From NCBI RefSeq assembly GCF_964204865.1, contig NC_135253.1:14136001-14200000 (forward strand): a stretch of DNA of 64,000 nt. Direction: 5' to 3'. Below are positions 41,001 through 49,908 of this stretch, piece by piece. The notes under the pieces were generated by a model. That model did no database searches. It worked only from the letters and a program-made list of their open reading frames with translations, and was not told the DNA's origin. The stretch comes from Styela clava. Lineage: Eukaryota. Every line of letters begins with the position of its first letter. Positions within the stretch are counted from its first letter, which is position 1. Position numbers and translations under genes: made by a program.

Positions 41001-44000
41001 CCGCACTGCTTACACCTATTACAATCATCCGGAAATTTGGCATTGTCTTACAGGGAGCATGCTTTGAAAGAAGTGGAGGAAGTTTATCAAACAAGAAATC
41101 ACGGTGTACCAATCACGGCTAATGGAAATACGTCTCCTCAAAGTGAGTTGAGAATTCAACATCACACCAACAATGCAAGCAATGGCGATACTAAAACCAT
41201 CGAATTGACACGTATTCGCGAATCTGATTTTCACATGGCCGGGAGAAGGCCCAGTTCCACGCTTTACAGGGAACTGTGGAGACCGAGCGGCAGAGACGAA
41301 GGCTCCGATTCCGCAAAAAACAAAACAATCCCGTTGCATCCAAAAGCAACTTACTTGCATGGCAGTCACAAACCAGAATCTTGGAGTTCTTACAGAAGAA
41401 AATTGCAAAATTCTTCTGTGCTATCCTATAATGAGAGAAGGCGAAGTGGCGATAAAGCAAGAAGGGCGTCTGAGACAGAAAGCGACGATGAGGATTATAT
41501 TCAAACGCTACAAATTAGCGATGCATCTTCTGACGATGAAGAATATAGCGAGACGATAGCTAATCCCTGTAGTGACGCAAGGTCGCAAGGATCAATCAAT
41601 TTCGGGAGAGGTGCTTGGAGTGACCTCGATCTAGGGAACCTTCCCGCTTTTGGGGGAAACGTCGCAGTTCCAATATTAAACACTGTACCTCGACAACATT
41701 CCACATCAATGTATGCAACTATTCCAACTAAAATGGCATGTAGCGTTATCAAAAACGTCCCCAAAACACTAAATGGTTTACCTCGAACTTATACCTCTAC
41801 AAAACTAGGAAATCCTACAAAGAAGTCTGTTGATCATAAGGCATACGCCTATGAATTTTCACCCCATGACGTCATTAGAGAACCGAGAAAGGAACTTCAA
41901 TTAAACGACTTACCTCTCACTCAACGATCAACTACACGAGAAACGAAAAGTCACAAATGCCGAGGGTGCTCCCACAAGAGAGCGTCACAAGACGAAAGCA
42001 GGCTAAAATTAATAGGCAATATCTTGCAACAGTCTTACAGCAAAACGACATACGGAGGGTAAGCATTATATTTTGTACTTATTTAGTGGTTTACATTAAG
42101 TATGTACGCGATTCACTCCTTGCTGTGACGGTAGACATAAAGAGAGAGATATCCCCATTCATCAGGAATAATATTAATAATAATTTGAACTTGTTTTTGG
42201 CCGATGCCAAAGAATGCGCTGTGGATATATCTACTCGCCATCACAGGTTTTTAGTTGAAGAATATTGCTTGCGTTGGCGGGTTACTACGCGGATACGCCA
42301 GCGCGATCCTCTGCTATTCACTGGTTTCTGTATTTGTTTATTTTCTATCATTCTGTTATTAGTTGATATCGTACGATGTTTATTATTTTTGGTTTTTATG
42401 GTTTCATTATCCGAGATTATGCAAGATTTTACTTTACTAAAAAAAATTAGGAAAATATTTGGGAATCGTTTTCCATTTTTGATATTAGTTTGCCATAAAG
42501 TTACCTCTCTTTTGACATCTCAATGTACAACATATTGATATGATATGCTTTATAAATGCTCCATAAATAAGTACTGTATAGGTTTGTTCCAACAGTTACA
42601 GATTGAGATATATTGATATATACCCTCGCTGACTCATATTGTTGCGAAACCTATGACTAACTCTATCAAAACTTAACGCTTACCAAGCTAAATGGGCTTA
42701 GTCAACGGCTAGTTTTACTTGTTCTCATATTGAATATGGAAATTTCTCTGTCAGTGATTTGAAAACTACGAAGCATATTTTTTTAAGTTTCCGATGTTTA
42801 GATCTAAATATATCGTTTTTCCTTTGTTCGCCCGAGTAATACACATCCAACTTTTCGATTTTCAATATAATTTTGAATGTAGCCAATTACTTTACCATGA
42901 AATAGATCAAAGATTTCTTTATTCCTTTGGTTATATAGCGTTCTATATCTGATATTTGTGTCGTAAAAAACCCTTGGAGTCATCTTCCGTTTTCTTATTG
43001 TGAATCAGGTCCTTCCGGGAAATTTCCTTATTGAAATATTTTCGCTTACGTTTTTTGTTTAATTTTAACTTCTATTTAATATGAGATTATTAAAGTGAAC
43101 AAAAACGAGCGATGACAACAAGCACAAATGCGTGCAAGCGTGACGTTAAGATCTTTTTGTTGTTATTTTTGTTTTGACCGCTCGGTTCCGCTTTCGTCAT
43201 ATTGTGCTTGTGTGGTCACGAGCATTTTCATTCACAATTTTCGATCAGTATGGTCATTCACGATTATGGTTATGCTTTTACCAAAAGAGGTCTTTGCTAT
43301 AAAATGAAAAAAATATTCAAATTAACAAAATATCACGAAGTAAATGAAAAGCGAACTTTCATTATCGCGGCGTTTATAGCGTAAGATGTAAAATAATGCC
43401 ATTTCCTCGTAATATTCCTTTTTTTACATTAGTATAGGCCTTCTAAACGTGAATAACACTGTCACAGATGACGTGATCAAATTTTTTGCGTCATTTTTCA
43501 CATCACCTAAAAACAGGAATTGGAATTCACGCACATCTGAAGACCCAGACTCATTTAATAATAAATATTCTTGTCTGTGAACTTTTCACTTTCGTAAGGT
43601 TATTGCATACGTTTAAATATATTTTTATCTGTTTGATTGATGCCGCAAATTCTAGAATGTAGTCGGAATTTGAATACAAATGGTACTTGATAAATCAATC
43701 GATCCGTTTTACGTCCATTGTCAAAAATATTTGTACATATTACATGAATTTTTGTGTATTTAATATTACTTCGAACTCTCATACATATATTTCACATTGT
43801 ACATCACATTGTATGTAATTAGGAATTTAATAATAAACATTTAGTAAGTAATAGTGATACATGGTCCCAATTGCCATTCGATTGCCTTATCCCTGCAAGG
43901 AAAACCGAGTTTCATTTTAGTGGCAGCTACGCAGGAATTCAATAATTACTAATTAAATTATATTCTATTAACAAACCTTCAACTTACACCACACCTCAAG

Positions 44001-46231
44001 TGTTCGCCCTAGGAAGTTTATATATGAATACTAGTAGTATTCTGACCATCTTTTAAAATTAATTTCGTTTTCGAATATATTCTGAAAAAATCTATTGTAC
44101 AGAATAATCTGTGAATGAGTCAAATCACGATTTCATTATGACAAGTGAAATATTTTACAACAACAACACCAATTTCGATTACTGAATATGTTTCATTTTT
44201 AGTTTCGAATTTAGCTAAAATCAATTTTTTTGGCTATCAAAACCTATTCATCATACAATTTTGCTCAAATTCCAGTTCATTCAACATTATATAGTAGCAA
44301 GAACCATCTGCCCTTAGAACGAAATTTTCATACTGCAGTTGCGTTACTTCGAAATTTTCGCAATGACAACACTTTCATGCGCACGCGGATATTTCGGTTC
44401 CGCGAACGAGTTTCATCGAAACCCTTTTTCTTCACGACATTGTTACTGAATATACAATACAACTATACAGCACATTGATCTATTCTATTTCTCATAGGTT
44501 TCAGAGTACAACTCCACATTGTGCGCCGAGGTTGGTGTTTACTTCAGAGATAAAGCTTCCAAGCGAGGTGCAGCATCGAAAGGTATTCTCAAACTCAGAA
44601 GAGAAACCAGCTAAATCGTCAGGACTGACTGCTAGTGCCGCCATTGAAGAGAGGTCACTCCAAAGAACGACAACGACCAGTAGAAATTCAGATTCGGAAT
44701 ACTCGCACAAGTTATTCAAATTTGCTAGAGCGGTGAAAGAAAATAAGAATCGAGAGCCAAAAAGTGTCGGAGAGAAGGATAGCATAAAATCAAGTTCAGC
44801 GACTGAAAACAGAGCATCGATTTTATCTGGTTCTAGTGTATTAGCGGCTAGAACAGGACGTAGCACCTCATCGTCTTCCACGAGACTTAATTCTTTGGAC
44901 GCCAAATTGGAAGAGCTTCGACAAAAAGCTACTGAAAGAGAAGAGATGAATAAACTAGACAGACAAGAAAGAGAGGCCGCGCATTCTGAAGCAAAACCAG
45001 TAAACATTAAAACTGAAACTACGTACTCGCATTCTAGCACAGACGTAACATCGCCTTCATGTTCACAAACGAACGTGATATTCGACGCAAAACGTAAATT
45101 GAGTCAAAGTCCGTTTCAAGAATCGGAAAGTGGGCGTTTTAGTGGCAAAAAGAATGTGGCTGTGATCAAGCCAAATCAATCGATTGTCTCACAAACTAGT
45201 CGTGATAATATCCCTTTCAACGTCGGTCCACCGAAAAAGAGGCATATGAAGAGATATTCACCGGAGTTTTATAAACAAAGACGAGAAGTTATTTTGCAAG
45301 ATAGAGAAGTGCGAAGTGCATCCCCCCTGCCACAAGAACCATTTGTTTCAACCAATGTTCTTATCGACAATGAAGATCGTTCTTTGAACGTTAGATGGTG
45401 CTCTCCCGATCGAAGTCCAACTCGAAGAAAGCATGCACAAAATGCAAGGACTATCCTAACATATACTGTACCGTTGGGACCTCTCAAGCAATCCCGTGGA
45501 TCAAACAGTCACACTGTGCGACTGGAGGTTGGTAACTACGATTATTATTAATATGTAAACTCATTTTTTCGAAATCTAGTTCGCTTTATTTTTCCATATG
45601 AAGTTATACAGGTTGTTCCATAATATCAACATACATATTGAAAAATTTCACTATGTCATAAATGTGTATATTAGGAAGATACTTCATGGACATCCTATAG
45701 ATTTCCTCTATTATGTCCATGTCCTTAGGTAAAAATCTCTGTATTTTTTGTTTGATACAGAAATAGATAAAACAATATGACTATAGATATACATTGATTT
45801 GTTCAGTTTCCTTTGGACGTAGAGCAACAGTTTTATAAAACTTAAAATGATTAGAAATAGCGTTTTCCTTTCTGGTAGAAATTGGTATTTACACACGGGA
45901 TGTGGTTATGTGTAACCACCTAATAATTTCGTAATTCATTAAAAAGGTTTCATATGAAAATTTCTATGTCATTACAAAACAGAAATAGATAAATTTGTAT
46001 TTTCGGTTACAGCAGTGTTGTTGTCAATGGATACATTATTGTTAAAACCAACTAATTTAAAATAAATTGAAATTTTGACAGCAAAATTATCGAAAACATC
46101 CACGTTATGCTTCGTCACCTCGCTCGGATACGGTTATTGTGGTCGAATCCAGAGTGCAAGAAACCCTCAGAGATGAAATAGACGAAAGACTGGAGATTGG
46201 AGACCTGGAAATCAGCGATGATGAAAGTTAA
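13983..46231 (+). CDS. IkB/BCL3-like ankyrin-repeat protein with very long low-complexity C-terminal extension (~1558 aa, 11 coding exons)
   Basis: Exons 13983-14095, 16906-17014, 22229-22445, 26087-26175, 31650-31727, 32012-32251, 37705-38421, 39317-40132, 40941-42058, 44498-45527, 46082-46231. All introns are GT-AG with matching phases (2,0,1,0,0,0,0,0,2,0); total 4677 nt. Exons 1-6 are secure; the join to exons 7-11 is inferred from phase compatibility. Confidence 0.75.
15860..15894. mobile_element. 35-bp TIR-only hairpin with perfect 8-bp TSD (probable P-element excision footprint or minimal element)
   Basis: caaagtgactataac-atata-gttatagtcactttg, flanked by cactagcc at 15852-15859 and 15895-15902. 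Confidence 0.85.
16906..17014 (+). CDS. IkB-like gene exon 2 (ANK1: AIHLAIIRDD...ELDIRNNLMQ)
   Basis: Acceptor tttttctag, donor gtaagc; resembles BCL3 'ELDIYNNLRQ'. Confidence 0.92.
19362..19819. mobile_element. hAT-Charlie-type MITE in intron 2
   Basis: TIRs caggggtccgcaaac / gtttgccgactcccg; ggcccg subterminal repeats; TSD ctgtagag / acgtagag (6 of 8 match). Confidence 0.8.
22229..22445 (+). CDS. IkB-like gene exon 3 (ANK2-3: TPLHLACITG...DRYGNTSIHLAV...INAKNIK)
   Basis: Acceptor tttaacag, donor gtgagt; two ankyrin TPLH-type motifs. Confidence 0.95.
22894..22903 (+). promoter_or_regulatory. Candidate NF-kB site GGGAAATTCC (intron 3)
   Basis: Exact match to GGGRNWYYCC; function untested. 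Confidence 0.4.
26087..26175 (+). CDS. IkB-like gene exon 4 (ANK4: GYSALHIA...HGAEIDQP)
   Basis: Within ORF 25963..26193; acceptor acacag, donor gtgagt. Confidence 0.93.
27555..27564 (-). promoter_or_regulatory. Candidate NF-kB site GGGATTTTCC (intron 4)
   Basis: Exact consensus match on the - strand; near-site cggaatttcg at 27541. Confidence 0.4.
31650..31727 (+). CDS. IkB-like gene exon 5 (ANK5: DTKSGKSPLYIAVQEKNVEATQVLLE)
   Basis: Long polypyrimidine acceptor, donor gtaatt; resembles BCL3 'DIKSGRSPL'. Confidence 0.92.
32012..32251 (+). CDS. IkB-like gene exon 6 (degenerate ANK6 LGADSNKLTYFRDSPSQLA plus linker)
   Basis: Acceptor tttttccag; resembles IkBalpha 'GADVNRVTYQGYSPYQL'; donor cag|gtatta, phase 0 (read-through stops at 32296). 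Confidence 0.85.
32409..32497. repeat. Diverged 47-bp tandem duplication
   Basis: catcttatgcttaaaatgcacggacgcggatgacagcgaat / catcttatgtttaaaatacatgggcgcggatgacagcaaat. Confidence 0.85.
33665..33674 (+). promoter_or_regulatory. Candidate NF-kB site GGGATATTCC (intron 6)
   Basis: Exact consensus match. Confidence 0.35.
37705..38421 (+). CDS. Tail exon 7 (Ser/Thr-rich; IKREP, PQEPFVS, PLDLS)
   Basis: Acceptor atatttcag in frame with ORF 37726..38445; donor gtgagt, phase 0. Confidence 0.85.
39317..40132 (+). CDS. Tail exon 8 (IKKEV, RKRK)
   Basis: Acceptor tttctcag in frame with ORF 39335..40156; donor gtgagt, phase 0. Confidence 0.87.
40941..42058 (+). CDS. Tail exon 9 (RRxS sites, acidic Ser clusters)
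   Basis: Acceptor cattttag in frame with ORF 40974..42062; donor gtaagc, phase 2. Confidence 0.87.
43017..43027 (+). promoter_or_regulatory. Candidate NF-kB site GGGAAATTTCC (intron 9)
   Basis: Contains the palindromic RelA-type GGAAATTTCC. Confidence 0.35.
44498..45527 (+). CDS. Tail exon 10 (coiled-coil-like stretch, IKTET, PPKKRH, second PQEPFVS)
   Basis: Acceptor ttctcatag, phase 2, matches exon 9; ORF 44475..45551; donor gttggt, phase 0 (an alternative gtaact donor lies 4 nt downstream). Confidence 0.85.
46082..46231 (+). CDS. Terminal exon 11 (QNYRKHPRY...LEISDDES*)
   Basis: Acceptor ttttgacag; 49 open codons then TAA; AATAAA follows near 46286 and 47063. Confidence 0.75.
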   Translation, partial: QNYRKHPRYASSPRSDTVIVVESRVQETLRDEIDERLEIGDLEISDDES

Positions 46232-47902
46232 AAATAGACTTGTCATCAATATAAAACTGTTCTTAGGTTTTTGGCAATTATCAATAATAAAAATTCAATT
46301 GACTGTCTCATGAGTTATGAGTGACTTTGTAGAATAGGTTCTTTTGAACATAGATCGATGTGAAGCAAGTTTAGTACAACCTATCTATAGACGATACATG
46401 GCGATAATCTTTCTGAAAGTACTAAGTAGTCAATTAGAAAAATCGTCATAAAGTGAATATGGCTTGTTTTTTATCGACTGATCTGAGTGGATGAGAGCCT
46501 GACTTAATATGCTCTTGGCGTTTGCAAATATTGCTCCACATTAACCTTTGACTTTTTGTTTTGTTCAATCATTTAGGTTGAGCCATGCTTTCTGGCCAGA
46601 TTGTTGTTTGTTCATGAATCGTAATTTATCTTGTTTTTGCAATGAATGTAGTTATTTTCTTTAGTTTTAAATAATTGTGAATTAAGTATAATTTTGAGTC
46701 TAGTATTAATAATCCCGGGCAAGTTTTATTGCCTTGAAGGTGCTTTTAACGAAAAATCCGAAATTTGATGATATGAAATATTTTAATTTGTTTGAAGCGA
46801 TTATTGGTTATAAAACCAAAATTGTATGACCATTGCTAGGCTGTAAATTGTGTTATTCGAAATTTTGCGATTGTTCATTAGGTGATTAACGTACTGTTCC
46901 CTTATATCTGGTGATTAGTTTCTGACAATAGATCGTAAAATTTATATTGATATCATATTCTATTATAATAATTATAATATTTTCCCTCTATTCATTTTTT
47001 CTCATTTTAATTTATTGTTTATTTACATTTTTATATTTTAACCCACATATGCATACATACTAAATAAAAATGACCGGAATTAAAAGTAGGTGTTTTTGTT
47101 CACGTCTGTGTCTGCTGGTATTTTGAGGTAGGAAAAAAATTAACCTAATTATCGTATTGGAAGATTATGTTCCGGGAAATTGTTCTCGATGGCAGTAACT
47201 TGACAAGTTCCATGTCAACCAATGGCTATTCTAATTTGTGCCTCCCAAGTTTTTATGAATTCTTTTTTGACCCGTGGAAAGCCATGACGTTCAACTTCAA
47301 ACCATCTGACGTCAATGTCGGTTCCCGGCTTCAACTTTAAGAATTCTTTGCCTCCGAGTGGAGCTTTCATGCCGACTTCAGCATACCGTCCTTATTCTAG
47401 TAACTAATGTCGTCAATTATATTTACAATACAAAATTCGCGAAGTGACATATATCATGATATCAGCTACTATATTTCGAAGGTTATGTGATGTTTACTTA
47501 TTCTGGGCAATCGACTACCAAAGTCCCCTAACAGTTCGCTTGAAAGTAATATTAAAATTTATGAACATGTTGCAAAGCGAATAATAGCATAAAAGCCTGT
47601 TAAGTAAAAATGATACTGCCTCATCTAACGGAAACTCGTGACCCAATTAAGATAGATATATAATTTATTTATTTATGTTTATGTCCGAATATCATTAAAA
47701 TACACATGGAAGTAGGAAAAAAATTGCTCATAAAATATAATCGGAAGGGGAGAGCAAGACTGCAGGGTCAAAAGGTCGACCAGCAGCTAAAATGAAATTG
47801 AAAGCACAAACTAAATGTATGTAGTCAATTATAAACAAATAGTTCATCATCATAAACAAAGTAAAATATATTCTCAATACAACTGTGAAATTATTCATTA
47901 CA

Positions 47903-49381
47903 TTATTGCATAGTAGAACAATTGCGTGAGACAAATATCATTTTGAAAGGTCGAGTCGAGTACGTGGTGCCGAGATTCCCGTCATCAAGTTTTGGCAATT
48001 CGGACGCAGGATCCGCTTTTATGACAAACGACCTAATAATCGATACGACGAAGAGGAACAATTCCATTCTAGCTACTTGTTCTCCAAGGCAGTTCCTCGG
48101 GCCTATAGAGAATGGCATAACATGCTTTGAAGCGATGAACTTCCCTTCTGGACTTATGAATCTTTCTGGTTTAAATTCATGTGGCTGAACAAATACGTCC
48201 GGATTATTGTGAACGCACCAATAATTGGTGATAACTTGAGAATCTTTTGGGATAACGTAGCCATTGATTTCAACATCACATGTCGTCCTGCGGGGCACAG
48301 ATAGTGGCGCAACACTGCAACATCGCAAAATTTCGTGCAAGTAGGCCATTGTAAAGGGCATAGAGCCTCGATCGGACATCGATGGAAATCCATCTTCACC
48401 GACGACCTCGCATATTTCAGAGTATATTTTATCCTGATAATTCGGATAGTGTAAGAAAGCAAGTAAACACCACATAAGAGTATTTGATGTGATGTCTGTA
48501 CCGGCTCCAAATAAATCTCGAATGTAAAAACGGAGCTGTTTTTCGGTAAAATATGGAGAACCGTGTTTCCGGATTTTTTGTACTAGAAAAGCATCGATGA
48601 AATCCCTGGGTTCTTCTATATTCAAATCTCTCTGATGCATCTTGAATTCCACGCGATAGCAATCGAAGACAGATTCGAGCGTTTCATAGGCATCTTTCAT
48701 CACACTCCGAAATGGAGGAAGGTATTTTAGAAAGGGAATCACCAATGCTATATTTAATAGTATTGCCTTCTTGGGATTTGACACCCCGTCATACTTAAAA
48801 AAGTCCTTGAATGTCTTACTATCCCAATCAAATCGACGACCAAATATTAAGTTACATACAATGTTGCCTGACGCATCTCTGATGTAATTGGAACAGTCAA
48901 AGGCTTGACCTTCATGTTTTTGAAGGGCATGTATGAGAAAATTGCATTCTTCTTCGATGATGTCTTCAAAATTTTTCTTCCCGACACCCACCTCTCTGAA
49001 AGTGACAAAACCAAATTTTCTTTGAGTTTTCCACAATTCTCCGTTTGAAAATATTAGACCATGACCTTCTCCAGCTAGTTCAGACTTACTCATACTCCAA
49101 GGTCTTCCAATAAATTTTTGACCTTGCTTGACCAGGGCGTCAGTAATGACATCAAAATTACTCAAGACCACCCAGTCACTGCGGCCAACTCTAACTGACA
49201 TAACAGGTCCATACATTTTGCTCCATTCACAGAACTTTTTATCAGGCCTCATTGTCATTAGAGGGATTGCTCCAAATATGGGAATCCCTCTTGGACCAGG
49301 TGGGGCTCTTTTTGGTCTTCGATACCACCAAAACAATACCAAGAACACCGTACAGTATATTATAACAAAACTCAAATCCAT
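47903..49381 (-). CDS. Cytochrome P450, CYP2 clan, single coding exon (492 aa)
   Basis: N-terminal membrane anchor, PPGPRGIPIFG, WKTQR, I-helix AGTDIT, EILR, PERF, heme motif FSIGPRNCLG; AATAAA on the - strand near 47665. Confidence 0.97.
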   Translation of the reverse strand: MDLSFVIIYCTVFLVLFWWYRRPKRAPPGPRGIPIFGAIPLMTMRPDKKFCEWSKMYGPVMSVRVGRSDWVVLSNFDVITDALVKQGQKFIGRPWSMSKSELAGEGHGLIFSNGELWKTQRKFGFVTFREVGVGKKNFEDIIEEECNFLIHALQKHEGQAFDCSNYIRDASGNIVCNLIFGRRFDWDSKTFKDFFKYDGVSNPKKAILLNIALVIPFLKYLPPFRSVMKDAYETLESVFDCYRVEFKMHQRDLNIEEPRDFIDAFLVQKIRKHGSPYFTEKQLRFYIRDLFGAGTDITSNTLMWCLLAFLHYPNYQDKIYSEICEVVGEDGFPSMSDRGSMPFTMAYLHEILRCCSVAPLSVPRRTTCDVEINGYVIPKDSQVITNYWCVHNNPDVFVQPHEFKPERFISPEGKFIASKHVMPFSIGPRNCLGEQVARMELFLFVVSIIRSFVIKADPASELPKLDDGNLGTTYSTRPFKMIFVSRNCSTMQ

Positions 49382-49668
49382 GTTAATTATAAAAACTGCA
49401 ACCTGTGCGTGACCATGCTACAGATTTCTAGACTATAACTTCTGTTCTGTCTAGTGTGCGTTTGAAGACTTGCTTGGCTAAATAGCAAAATAGCGATAAC
49501 TCACATTCATACCAATATGAGCAGAGTAAACATGTAAAACAAATAGGTCCGTGAAGTTCGGCAGGTGAAAGTAAATAGCAAAAGGCACGGAGTTATAGGC
49601 ACCAGTAGTGTTGTACGAATGTTCAATTTGCAGTAAAATTCCACACTGAAAATAAATGTACTTCCATT

Positions 49669-49908
49669 GTGTGCGAGAGGATTGCTGGACTCCTCGCCGA
49701 CGCAGCGTGGTTCACGACCACGTAACCCTTGGTCGGTTACGCATCACCGTTCATCAGGTCCATGCTTCTGAAACAAATAACTGGCTAACTGACCCTGTTC
49801 CCGAGATGGGATGCTGGTAACCGGACGAGGACGAAGTTCGCCATATGATTAGGCGTATTGTCGGCTTAACTTTCACACGGGATAAATATGATATTCTTAT
49901 CCTATCCC
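49669..49908 (+). mobile_element. Probable SINE 3' portion upstream of the CYP gene
   Basis: GC-richer island ending in an atcct-type short-repeat tail (ttcttatcctatccc). No clear A/B box seen, so the class is inferred. Confidence 0.4.

Noticed and set aside
41957-42538. 193-aa ORF with a hydrophobic stretch overlapping exon 9
   Set aside because: Mostly T-rich intron 9 sequence in another frame; no recognisable domain.
37722-45487. Antisense ORFs (37722..38198, 39723..40100, 41025..41408, 44501..45040 and others)
   Set aside because: Shadows of the + strand coding exons.
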